This document shows positions 42,843-51,461 of a stretch of 64,000 bases of DNA, one piece after another. The DNA comes from Phycisphaerales bacterium (GTDB taxonomy: Bacteria; Planctomycetota; Phycisphaerae; WQYP01). A program made the position numbers and the translations under genes. Numbering within the stretch: the stretch's first letter is position 1; the number at the start of each line of letters is the position of its first letter. Where the stretch lies: contig DAIDJN010000040.1 of the NCBI GenBank assembly GCA_027451365.1, positions 64,001 to 128,000 on the forward strand, given 5' to 3'. The notes beneath the pieces were generated by a model. That model saw only the letters and a list, made by a program, of their open reading frames with translations, was not told the DNA's origin and did no database searches.

Positions 42843-44279
42843 ATGGATTCGTTGAATCAAAGTCGCAGGCTCGCGGATCGGGTGGCTTTGCCAATCCGCA
42901 TCGGCTGGGGCACCGGCGGCCTGACTGACAGTTTCATGACCACCTTGCTCTACAGCCTGGCGCTGGTCATTTTTCCATTGTATTGGGGGCTGCCTGCCGC
43001 ATGGGTCGGCCTGGCGCTGGGCTTGCCGCGAATTGTGGATGCCGTTGTGGATCCTTTAGTCGGTTATCTTTCAGATAACACCCGCTCGCGATGGGGGCGG
43101 CGGCGGCCTTATATGCTGGCTGGAATACTTCTTTGTGCATTTTTACTGCCCGCCATTTGGGCACCGCCATTTCAATCGCCGAACCACGTGGTCTGGTGGC
43201 TGGTAATTGGGCTGTTGCTTTATGCCATCGGCTATTCCCTTTATGTGGTTCCCTATACGGCGCTGGGTTATGAACTGACCGAGGATCAGGACGAACGCAG
43301 CCGCGTTCTGGCCTGGCGTATGTACATTGGTCTTCCGGCCAGTTTGCTGGCCGCCTGGTATCTTCCAATCTGTCTGAAACTTGGCCCGGTGTTTGGCAAG
43401 GTCAGCACTGCCGCGATGGCGCTTGCCGCCTGCGCCGGCGTGGCCATTCTGGTGACAGGGGCAATTCCACTTTTTGCGTGTCGCCGGCTGCATGAACTTC
43501 CGCTGCCGGCACAGCGGATTGCCCCCTGGACCGCTTTAACCCGGACCCTGACCAGCGTCCCGTTTGTAATCATGTCCCTGGCGTACATTCCTCTGATTGT
43601 AGTGGCAACAGGTGCTTACAGCATAAATATATATCTAAATTTCTTTTATGTATACGCGGGCAATGTGCACAATCAACAACTGGGCGCAAGGGTGGCCGGA
43701 TGGAGCAGTACGCTGGTCGGGTTGCTGGCGTATGTCAGCCTGCCGCTGCTGACATGGCTGTCTGTGCGCACGTCTAAAAAGGCAGCCTTGCTTGGCGGCA
43801 TGGTACTGGTCACACTGGGGCAGCTTACCCAATGGTTTACCATTACGCCGAAGGCTCCCTATCTGCAGCTTGGTTCGCAGTTTATCGCCGGATTAGGCCT
43901 CGGCGGCTGCTGGCTGATGATTGCCTCCATGATCGGCGACATTTGCGATGATGATGAGCTTAAATGCGGCCAGCGCCGTCAGGGCCTGTTCAGCGCAGTC
44001 AATTCCCTGACCCAGAAAGTTGGGATTGGCCTGGGGGCGATCCTCGCGGGGCAATTAATCTCCTGGTCGGGTCTGGACCCCGAAGCGGCGCGGCGGCTGC
44101 ATTATGCCCCGGCCGCCGCGATCACCAAACTCCGGATATGGTATGCGTTCGGCGGTTCCGCCATTCTGCTGTGCGCTTCTGTTTTTATTCTGTTCTATCC
44201 GATTACGCGTCAGCGGGCGCAAAAAACACGTGAATTGCTGGACGCCCGTCGCGGCGATCTGCCTGCCGCCGGACGATAA
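42843..44279 (+). CDS. MFS glycoside-pentoside-hexuronide (GPH/MelB-like) transporter
   Basis: DAVVDPLVGYLSDNTRSRWGRRRP, VPYTALGYELT, DICDDDE..G.RRQG; about 12 TM. Confidence 0.92.
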   Translation: MDSLNQSRRLADRVALPIRIGWGTGGLTDSFMTTLLYSLALVIFPLYWGLPAAWVGLALGLPRIVDAVVDPLVGYLSDNTRSRWGRRRPYMLAGILLCAFLLPAIWAPPFQSPNHVVWWLVIGLLLYAIGYSLYVVPYTALGYELTEDQDERSRVLAWRMYIGLPASLLAAWYLPICLKLGPVFGKVSTAAMALAACAGVAILVTGAIPLFACRRLHELPLPAQRIAPWTALTRTLTSVPFVIMSLAYIPLIVVATGAYSINIYLNFFYVYAGNVHNQQLGARVAGWSSTLVGLLAYVSLPLLTWLSVRTSKKAALLGGMVLVTLGQLTQWFTITPKAPYLQLGSQFIAGLGLGGCWLMIASMIGDICDDDELKCGQRRQGLFSAVNSLTQKVGIGLGAILAGQLISWSGLDPEAARRLHYAPAAAITKLRIWYAFGGSAILLCASVFILFYPITRQRAQKTRELLDARRGDLPAAGR

Positions 44280-44404
44280 CCTGGCCGGCCATTATTTACC
44301 CCGCGCCGGCACCCATGGCGGAGGTACTCGCGGCTGCCCGCGGTGGCGTTGCTTTAAGGTTCGCTGAAGCTTCGCACTTTGGCACCAGAACCGGCTCCGT
44401 CGCG

Positions 44405-45814
44405 CTATTCCAACAGCTTGACGGCTTCGTCCAGCGTGCGGCACGGGAAAATTGTCATTGTTTTTCCGGCGGTTGCCAAGGCCGATTTATCCGCCGCACT
44501 GCGCTGTACCGGAACAATGACTCGCTTGTAGCCCAATCTGGCCGCTTCATTGAGTCGCTGGGCAAGCTGCCCGATCTGCCGCAGTTCTCCCAGAAGGCCA
44601 AGTTCGCCCATCACCAGAGTATCCGAGGTCAGCCCGCGCTTCAGGTGCGAGCCGGCAATGGCCAGGGCAATCGCCGCGTCGGCGGCCGGGTCCACCACTT
44701 TCAGTCCGCCCACCACGTTTACAAATACATCTTTATCCACCAGCCGCAGGCCGGCGCGTTTTTCCAGCACGGCGATAATCATGGCCACGCGGTTGACATC
44801 GCATCCACTTACTTTCCGCCGCGCCGCACCCAACATGCTGTCCGCCGTCAGGGCTTGTACTTCCACCGCCAGCACGCGCGACCCCTGCATTGCGGCGGTA
44901 ATCACGCTTCCGTTGGCGGACCCTTCATGGGTTTCAATAAGCAGGGCGGAGGCATCCTCCAGCGGTTCCAGGCCGGAATTGCCCATGCGGAAAATGCCGA
45001 CTTCCAGCGTGCTGCCGTGGCGGTTTTTCACGCAGCGGACGATGCGGTGGTCGTGGTGGGTGTCGCCTTCAAAATAAAGCACCGTATCCACGACATGTTC
45101 CAACAGCTTCGGCCCCGCCAGCATCCCTTTTTTTGTAACATGCCCGACCAGACATACAGCCGATCCGCCCGATTTTGCCAGAAACACCAATTCCTGGCAG
45201 CAATCCTTCAACTGGGAAACGCTGCCCGGGGGAGAAGGGTTGGTGGTTTTATAAATCAGTTGAACCGAGTCAATAATGCACAGGTGGGGCCGATGTTTTT
45301 GAATCTGCCGGGAAATTTTTTCCAGATCGCATTCGGCGTAAACCAGAAGCTTTTCATGATTGACACCCAGCCGGCCGGCGCGAAGTTTGGTCTGCTGGGC
45401 GGATTCTTCACTGCTGACGTAAAGAACCTTAAATCCCTGCCGAGCCATGCGGTCGCCAGCCTGGAGCATCAGTGTGGATTTTCCAATACCCGGATCGCCC
45501 CCCAGAAGAATAGCGCTTCCGGGCACCACCCCGCCACCCAGAACGCGGTCAAATTCCGGCAACCCGGTGACAATCCGCGGTACTTGAAAATCAGGAATTT
45601 CCGAAACGCTGCGGGCGGGCACGTCCTGCATGGTTGCGCGCATGCCGGTGGCTGCGTCGCCATCAGAAAGAATGGCCGGTCGATGTGGATCCGCTGCGGA
45701 CTCGGTGATCTGGTCCAGGGAATCCCACGCGTCACAATCTGGGCATTTGCCCATCCATTTGGGCTGCATAGCGCCGCATTGTCGGCAAACAAAATAAGAT
45801 CTGGTTTTAGCCAT
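44405..45814 (-). CDS. radA: DNA repair protein RadA/Sms
   Basis: N-terminal C4 Zn finger, GDPGIGKST, IIDSVQ, KNRHG (KNRFG-like), Lon-like C-terminus. Confidence 0.96.
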   Translation of the reverse strand: MAKTRSYFVCRQCGAMQPKWMGKCPDCDAWDSLDQITESAADPHRPAILSDGDAATGMRATMQDVPARSVSEIPDFQVPRIVTGLPEFDRVLGGGVVPGSAILLGGDPGIGKSTLMLQAGDRMARQGFKVLYVSSEESAQQTKLRAGRLGVNHEKLLVYAECDLEKISRQIQKHRPHLCIIDSVQLIYKTTNPSPPGSVSQLKDCCQELVFLAKSGGSAVCLVGHVTKKGMLAGPKLLEHVVDTVLYFEGDTHHDHRIVRCVKNRHGSTLEVGIFRMGNSGLEPLEDASALLIETHEGSANGSVITAAMQGSRVLAVEVQALTADSMLGAARRKVSGCDVNRVAMIIAVLEKRAGLRLVDKDVFVNVVGGLKVVDPAADAAIALAIAGSHLKRGLTSDTLVMGELGLLGELRQIGQLAQRLNEAARLGYKRVIVPVQRSAADKSALATAGKTMTIFPCRTLDEAVKLLE

Positions 45815-45944
45815 GAAGGCAGTATACCGCACGGGAATTCTTCACGCCTGCGCAGAAAAACCCTTATCGTCTGCTGAAATTTGTAATTTCAACAGACGCT
45901 CTGAACTTTCTGCTTTGATTTTAAGCTTTGCTTGTGGCGAAAGC

Positions 45945-46214
45945 TTAAAGTCCGGCCTTTAATTGCCGTTCGGCTTCCAGCCAGTCCGTTTGCTGATTGC
46001 CCGGACCAAAACCGCGCTTCAGATAAATCTGATACGCACGTTCAGATATCTGCTGATGCGTGATCGAGCGGGCGATTTCCTTGGCCGGACGAACTGCGGT
46101 AGCGGTGCCGCTGCCCTTGGTTTCCGAGCGGCTGACAACCGGGGCCGCGGGGGCCTTTGTGACCACGGCGGCCGGGGCGGTGGTTGGGGCTGCGATTTTC
46201 TTTTTTGGTGGCAT
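45945..46214 (-). CDS. DUF2934 domain protein
   Basis: ISERAYQIYLKRG...DWLEAERQL; AAAGGAG RBS. Confidence 0.85.
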   Translation of the reverse strand: MPPKKKIAAPTTAPAAVVTKAPAAPVVSRSETKGSGTATAVRPAKEIARSITHQQISERAYQIYLKRGFGPGNQQTDWLEAERQLKAGL

Positions 46215-46876
46215 GGGATACTCCTTTTGTAACTGCGGCGGTTCGGTCCCGAACCAATACCGCCAGCGAACCTGAAATTGGCAGGTCGCTGAACCGTTGA
46301 AAGACCAAAATGGCAATCCTGAGCTATGCCGGAAATTTATTCCATTCGGCATCCGTTCAGCGGCAATGCTGCCAGCGGTTTGGCGACCATAAAGGCCGAC
46401 CGATGCGGCAGCATGAGCAAGGATTTAACAGGGCGAATAGCCGGGTTATAAGCCTTGGGCAGGCTTTCATGGAAACGGCCCCTTTTTGTGCGCACATCCC
46501 CCCCAACCAGGCACTGTTTCCACCCCAGCTTCACCCCGCCACGTCGCCGGGACCGACTCCCGGCGATTGCCTTTCCAATCCGTTGTAGTAAGTTATGGGG
46601 CTGGTGTCAAGCCCGCGCCCGTATCAGGCCGATAAGAGATTGTGCCTGATCCCCCTGGTGGTCGGCTGCAATGTGCGCCGACGGCGGACGGGCTGTTCCC
46701 ATCTGCGTTAAGGTGCATCTGGAAGAGGTGTTTTGAGAGAGTGCGTCTGGCGGATTCCGGCATATCAGCCGGGCCGGGCGGCTGAAAATTGCGTTCTTAA
46801 ATTGCGATGGCTGAACTTGGCCCATTGACACACCGCGTTCAAAGGAACGTTTGACTGGCGCGGGATTCCGAGGCGA

Positions 46877-47962
46877 TTGAACATGAGTCTGGTTGTGGCA
46901 CGACGAAAATTCAAACCGCGCCGCCGCAACCGGACGGTCTTTTTTCAGCGGACCGCCTGGACCCCCGTAGTGGCGGTGGCCGTGCCGCGAGGCAAATCAT
47001 CAAGTCTGGCGGGTTGGGGCACTTCCGTGCTCCTTCACGCCGGTGTGATAATTTTAGCGCTTCTGGCCTACCATCTTTTGCATCATCGAATTAAAGCGCC
47101 TTCTCAAGCGTTTGTGGTGCCGGAATCGTTTGGCCCGGTCGCTCCTGTGCATAAGGGTATCACCCAGAATCAGGCGACGTCGGCTGCAAAAATAAATTCG
47201 CTCAAACGGGTACTGGCGACTGCGGAAAAGGAATCCCGAAAAAACCCGACCTCCATTAGTGATCTTTTAAGTGGTGCCGCCGGTCGAAAGAACGCGAGCC
47301 TTATTGGCCTTGGCTCGACTGGTTCAATCGGCGGTGCCATGTGGGGTGCCGGCCCGACAAGTGGAAACGCCGCCGCGTTTGGCATAGCCAGCGGGCAGGC
47401 GGGGCACGGGCCGCCAATATCGTTTTTCGGAGTGAAGAACAAGGCGTCCCGCATCGTGCTGTTGATCGACCACAGTGGATCCATGATCGGCAAGCTTCAT
47501 CTGGTGAAGGCACAGGTCCGCATCACGCTGGATCATCTGCTGCCATTTCAACATTTTGCCGTCATCAGCTTTGCAAATAGGTATAAAATTCTGGGACCTG
47601 ATCGGCTTATTGCCGGGACGGTGCAGAATCGCCGCCGGGTTAAGGAACTGCTGCATTCTGTTCTGGCGGAGGGCCATAATGATGACGAACTTGCGCCGTT
47701 CCTGAACCCATTTATTGTCGCATTCAAGATGAAGCCGCAGGTGATATATTTTCTGACTGATGGCCATTTCGATAAAAGGCTGATCAGTCGGATAGCCCAA
47801 TTGGACCGACATGACCATGTTCAGGTCGATACGTTCGCTTTTCTTGATCGGGACCCGCTGTTTATCCAGCATTTGAAACAAATTTCCAGGCAGACCAACG
47901 GGCGGTTTGTCTACGTATCGCGACATTTGCTTTCGCGAGCGCAGTCCGATGCAGTTCCGTAA
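46877..47962 (+). CDS. Single-TM vWA domain protein (intact MIDAS)
   Basis: SVLLH TM motif, Gly-rich linker, SFFG, IDHSGSM (DxSxS), YFLTDG. Confidence 0.85.
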   Translation: MNMSLVVARRKFKPRRRNRTVFFQRTAWTPVVAVAVPRGKSSSLAGWGTSVLLHAGVIILALLAYHLLHHRIKAPSQAFVVPESFGPVAPVHKGITQNQATSAAKINSLKRVLATAEKESRKNPTSISDLLSGAAGRKNASLIGLGSTGSIGGAMWGAGPTSGNAAAFGIASGQAGHGPPISFFGVKNKASRIVLLIDHSGSMIGKLHLVKAQVRITLDHLLPFQHFAVISFANRYKILGPDRLIAGTVQNRRRVKELLHSVLAEGHNDDELAPFLNPFIVAFKMKPQVIYFLTDGHFDKRLISRIAQLDRHDHVQVDTFAFLDRDPLFIQHLKQISRQTNGRFVYVSRHLLSRAQSDAVP

Positions 47963-48003
47963 CCGCTTGTGGACAAATAACCACCTCCGCGGGCGCTGAA
48001 ATT

Positions 48004-48053
48004 TGTGTCATTACTGACACTGTCGGAAGCCCGTTTGTGACAGAATTGGCACA
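48004..48053. promoter_or_regulatory. Pair of dyad sites, putative enhancer-binding-protein UAS
   Basis: TGTGTCA-ttac-TGACACT (48004-21) and TGTGACA-gaat-TGGCACA (48036-53), 32 bp apart, upstream of a sigma54-like promoter. Confidence 0.55.
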
Positions 48054-48126
48054 ATGCCACGTGGCCTGATCGTGCGGAATGGATAAAAATATCGGGAAAT
48101 ACAGCCTGCGTCCTGAATTACACTTC

Positions 48127-48142
48127 TGGTACGGCGATTGCT
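48127..48142 (+). promoter_or_regulatory. Sigma54 (-24/-12) promoter
   Basis: TGGTACGGCGATTGCT vs consensus TGGCACG-N4-TTGCW: correct GG-N10-GC spacing, one mismatch. Confidence 0.65.
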
Positions 48143-48276
48143 TTATTTAACCATGTTGCATTTGGCGAGTCCCAGGCGGATGGGCTTGTTGAATGCAACA
48201 TGAAGGTGGTCAACGGCGTGCCCCACGGCAACGGTTAGGCCTTTTGTCCGGTTGGCGGAATCAGGAGACGTGGAAT

Positions 48277-49380
48277 ATGAGTCAGGCAACTTCGAACTCC
48301 GGCTTTGGACCCAAGCGGCCTTCGCGGCCGTCAAAACCCGGCGGCAGTACCACGCCGCCACCGCCCGCTCCCCCCACGCGCGGCGAGCCGGCAGGCAAGC
48401 AGCCGGAAGATCACGACGATCAGGCGGAGTTGGCGGTTGCCGAGGGCGGCGAAATACCGGCGTGGCTCGACGCCGCCATCCCCTGGATTTCATCGATTCT
48501 CATTCACCTCGGGATTTTTCTGGTTCTGCTGTTTGCCATTAAAGCCATCAGCACCGTGATTCACAAGAAGGCCCATCCGATTATTATTCCGCAAGCCTGG
48601 AATTCCCGCTTTTCCCTGCATCCTGGCGGCCATCCGCATCCGGGGCATAATAACAATCCATTGCATAGCGCGCGGCAGGATATCAAACGTGCGCTTAGCC
48701 ACAGTGCCAACACCACGACATCCATTAACAAGCTGTTGTCGGACAGTTCACAGCATTCGTTGGCCTTTATTGCCGTTGGCCCGCATGGCGGAACTGCCAG
48801 CGGCGGCGCGCTGGCTTCCTTTGGCGTTCCCGGTGGTGGCATGGGTTCCGGACCGCCTTCGCAGTTCATAGGCCACGGCGGTAATGCCACGCGCATTGTG
48901 TATATCATTGACCATGCTGGCGGCATGTTGGACAACTTTGGGTTTCTGGAGCGCAAGCTTGATAGTTCGATTGATCGGCTGGTGCCGCTTCAGTCTTTCT
49001 CCGTCATTATTTTTCGCAAGCGCTTCCACGTTCTTGGCCCGTCCGCCCGCACCGGCAAGCTGGAGCCAGCCACGGGCAAAATTAAGCAGGAAGTTCGTGC
49101 CGCCATCAAGCGGGTTCAGCCGCAAGGCCCCAACGCGTATCGCCTGAATTACTTCCTTAAGCCGTTTCAGGCTGCATTCCGGATGCGCCCCCAAATCATT
49201 TACTTTCTGACCAACGGTTCATTTGACCCGAAGCTGATTACTGAAATTCAGAAACTCAATAAGGGCAAAAAGGTTATTATTTTTACGTATGCCTTTTTCA
49301 ATCACGATCCGATATTTAATGAACAGCTTAAGAAAATCGCCGCGGAGAACCGCGGGGAATACAAGCTGGTAACCCGCTGA
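48277..49380 (+). CDS. Single-TM vWA domain protein (degenerate MIDAS)
   Basis: AGGAG RBS; WISSILIH TM; His/Gly-rich linker; IDHAGGM and FLTNG instead of DxSxS/TD. Confidence 0.85.
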   Translation: MSQATSNSGFGPKRPSRPSKPGGSTTPPPPAPPTRGEPAGKQPEDHDDQAELAVAEGGEIPAWLDAAIPWISSILIHLGIFLVLLFAIKAISTVIHKKAHPIIIPQAWNSRFSLHPGGHPHPGHNNNPLHSARQDIKRALSHSANTTTSINKLLSDSSQHSLAFIAVGPHGGTASGGALASFGVPGGGMGSGPPSQFIGHGGNATRIVYIIDHAGGMLDNFGFLERKLDSSIDRLVPLQSFSVIIFRKRFHVLGPSARTGKLEPATGKIKQEVRAAIKRVQPQGPNAYRLNYFLKPFQAAFRMRPQIIYFLTNGSFDPKLITEIQKLNKGKKVIIFTYAFFNHDPIFNEQLKKIAAENRGEYKLVTR

Positions 49381-49463
49381 CACCCCTGCCGGGCGAAGCT
49401 GGTTTCGCCCGGTGAACCGTTATCCGCCGGTTGTTCCGGCATCGTTTGCACACAGGAGATACC

Positions 49464-50315
49464 ATGGCAAATTCCTACGCAAGTTCCAAATTTCGCATTG
49501 GCCTGCTGGCAGTTCTGGCGGTTGGGGCGGTTCTGGCCATTGGCCATACCGCCATGGCCGCCACGGGCGGGTCGGGCGGCCACACTGCGTACCATCCGAA
49601 TCCGGTCCTATGGGGCCTGGATATTGCGGTGATCATCGTTCTGGTTGGCGCATCGTTGGCCAGCGTCGCACTGATAATTGACGCGATTATTCATCTGCGC
49701 GAAAGCAAAATCGCACCTGTAGAAACGACGGAACACATCCGTTCCCTGATTGAAGCCCGTCAGTTCAAAGAATTGATGGAATTTACCGCGGTGGACCAAT
49801 CTTTTATCAGCAAAGCACTGTACGCCGGTGTGCGGCGCGCTCACTTGGGTTATGCCGCGATGCGCGAAGGTCTGGAAAATGCCGCTGCGGAACAAAGCTC
49901 CAATCTTTTCCGTCGGATTGAAATGCTCAATGTTATTGGCAACATTGGTCCGCTGATCGGGCTGCTGGGAACGGTCTTAGGCATGATCGAAGCGTTCTAC
50001 GCCCTGCATCATACTGGCGGTCATGCCAAGGTCACCGACCTTTCCGCCGGTATTGCAACCGCGTTGTGGCATACCTTTGGCGGCCTGGCGGTAGCCATTC
50101 CTTCGCTCATTGCCTTCGGCTTCTTCCGCACCCGGCTGGATAAAACCGTGACCCGCGCGTCGCTGCTTTCCGATGAACTCCTGGAAAGCCTGCGTCCGCC
50201 CGAAACGGGCAAGGGCGTTTCGCCTGCCGCTGCGGCCGCCGGCGAAGCCCGCTCCGCCGCCCGGCCTGTTCCCCGCCGCACCCCGGCGGATTCCAATGCC
50301 GGTTCCGAATCGTAA
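49464..50315 (+). CDS. MotA/TolQ/ExbB proton channel family protein
   Basis: IGNIGPLIGLLGTVLGMIEAF, GIATALWHTFGGLAVAIP; AGGAG RBS. Confidence 0.93.
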   Translation: MANSYASSKFRIGLLAVLAVGAVLAIGHTAMAATGGSGGHTAYHPNPVLWGLDIAVIIVLVGASLASVALIIDAIIHLRESKIAPVETTEHIRSLIEARQFKELMEFTAVDQSFISKALYAGVRRAHLGYAAMREGLENAAAEQSSNLFRRIEMLNVIGNIGPLIGLLGTVLGMIEAFYALHHTGGHAKVTDLSAGIATALWHTFGGLAVAIPSLIAFGFFRTRLDKTVTRASLLSDELLESLRPPETGKGVSPAAAAAGEARSAARPVPRRTPADSNAGSES

Positions 50316-50396
50316 CAAGTGTCGCCCGGCCGGGGCGGGAATTTCGCCCCTGCCGGGACGGACTAAAACAATGTTCCCCAATGGAGCTTGTGAAAG

Positions 50397-50837
50397 ATGA
50401 AACTCCAAGGCATTAAACCGATGCAGGACATGCACATCAACGTGACACCGTTGATCGACATCGTCATGTGCCTGATCATTTTCTTCCTGCTGGTTGGTCA
50501 TATTGCCAAGCAGGCATCGATAAAGGGTGTGAAAATTCCCGTCGCGCACAATGGTAAGTCGATAAGCAACCGCAGCAATGAACTGATCCTGAATGTGGTG
50601 CCGCGTCACAGCAGCATCGCCGGTGTGCAGCGGAGACCGCGGATATGGGTATGGGGGCAGGAAGTACCGCAGGCCAACCTTGGGGAAATGTTGCGGGCGT
50701 TTAAGCGGAAAAATCCTAATCTGCGTCTGGTGCTGCGGGCGGACCAGAGTATCCATTACCGCTATATCGCGCCGATTCTGACAGATTGTGCCGCCGCCGG
50801 TATTGACAGCATTCACTTTATGGCACGTCGCCCGTGA
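50397..50837 (+). CDS. ExbD/TolR family protein
   Basis: INVTPLIDIVMCLIIFFL, LRAD...Y. Confidence 0.92.
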   Translation: MKLQGIKPMQDMHINVTPLIDIVMCLIIFFLLVGHIAKQASIKGVKIPVAHNGKSISNRSNELILNVVPRHSSIAGVQRRPRIWVWGQEVPQANLGEMLRAFKRKNPNLRLVLRADQSIHYRYIAPILTDCAAAGIDSIHFMARRP

Positions 50838-50885
50838 AGTCCCGCGGCAGGTCGCCGATTGTTCAACCTTTGAAAGGTTCGCATC

Positions 50886-51347
50886 ATGTCATCCGCACCT
50901 GGTTCCAAACGCAACAAGCTTGTGCCCATGGCGGCGCACGTAGGTCCAAACATGACTCCCATGGTCGATGTGGTCATGGTGATCCTTATATTTTTCATGC
51001 TGGGCAGCTCGTTTGCCAGCCGCAACTGGTATCTGACCAACAACACCCCGGCGATCAAAGGTGGATTGTCCAATATTAAAACGCACGCCATGCCTGCCAC
51101 ACGTATCGATATACGTGTTCAAATGCGCGGCACGCGCGCCATGGTTATGATCGGGGTATTTCAGACGGAAGACCTGAAGGGGCAGCTTTACCGCTTCCTG
51201 GTGAAAAAGAAAAAACTGTTCGGAAAAAAAGTCAAGGTCATTCTGACGCCCGACAACAACGTTCCCTACCAGGATGTCATTACGGTGTACGCCAACTGTG
51301 TAAAGGCGCAGTATCATCAAGTGGCTTTCGGATACCCAAGAGAATGA
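50886..51347 (+). CDS. ExbD/TolR family protein
   Basis: PNMTPMVDVVMVILIFFM, PDNNVPYQDVI. Confidence 0.9.
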   Translation: MSSAPGSKRNKLVPMAAHVGPNMTPMVDVVMVILIFFMLGSSFASRNWYLTNNTPAIKGGLSNIKTHAMPATRIDIRVQMRGTRAMVMIGVFQTEDLKGQLYRFLVKKKKLFGKKVKVILTPDNNVPYQDVITVYANCVKAQYHQVAFGYPRE

Positions 51348-51461
51348 TCGCGGAAGACACGCCGGTGCCATCATCCGGATAGCCATTTCATGGGCCGATG
51401 GATGTGGAATCGCATTTCCGCCATACAGAATTCACGGGTTCAATCACGCTCAGGAGACAGG

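Noticed and set aside
44315..45877. 520-aa ORF on the + strand
   Set aside because: Antisense shadow of radA with no protein-family motifs.
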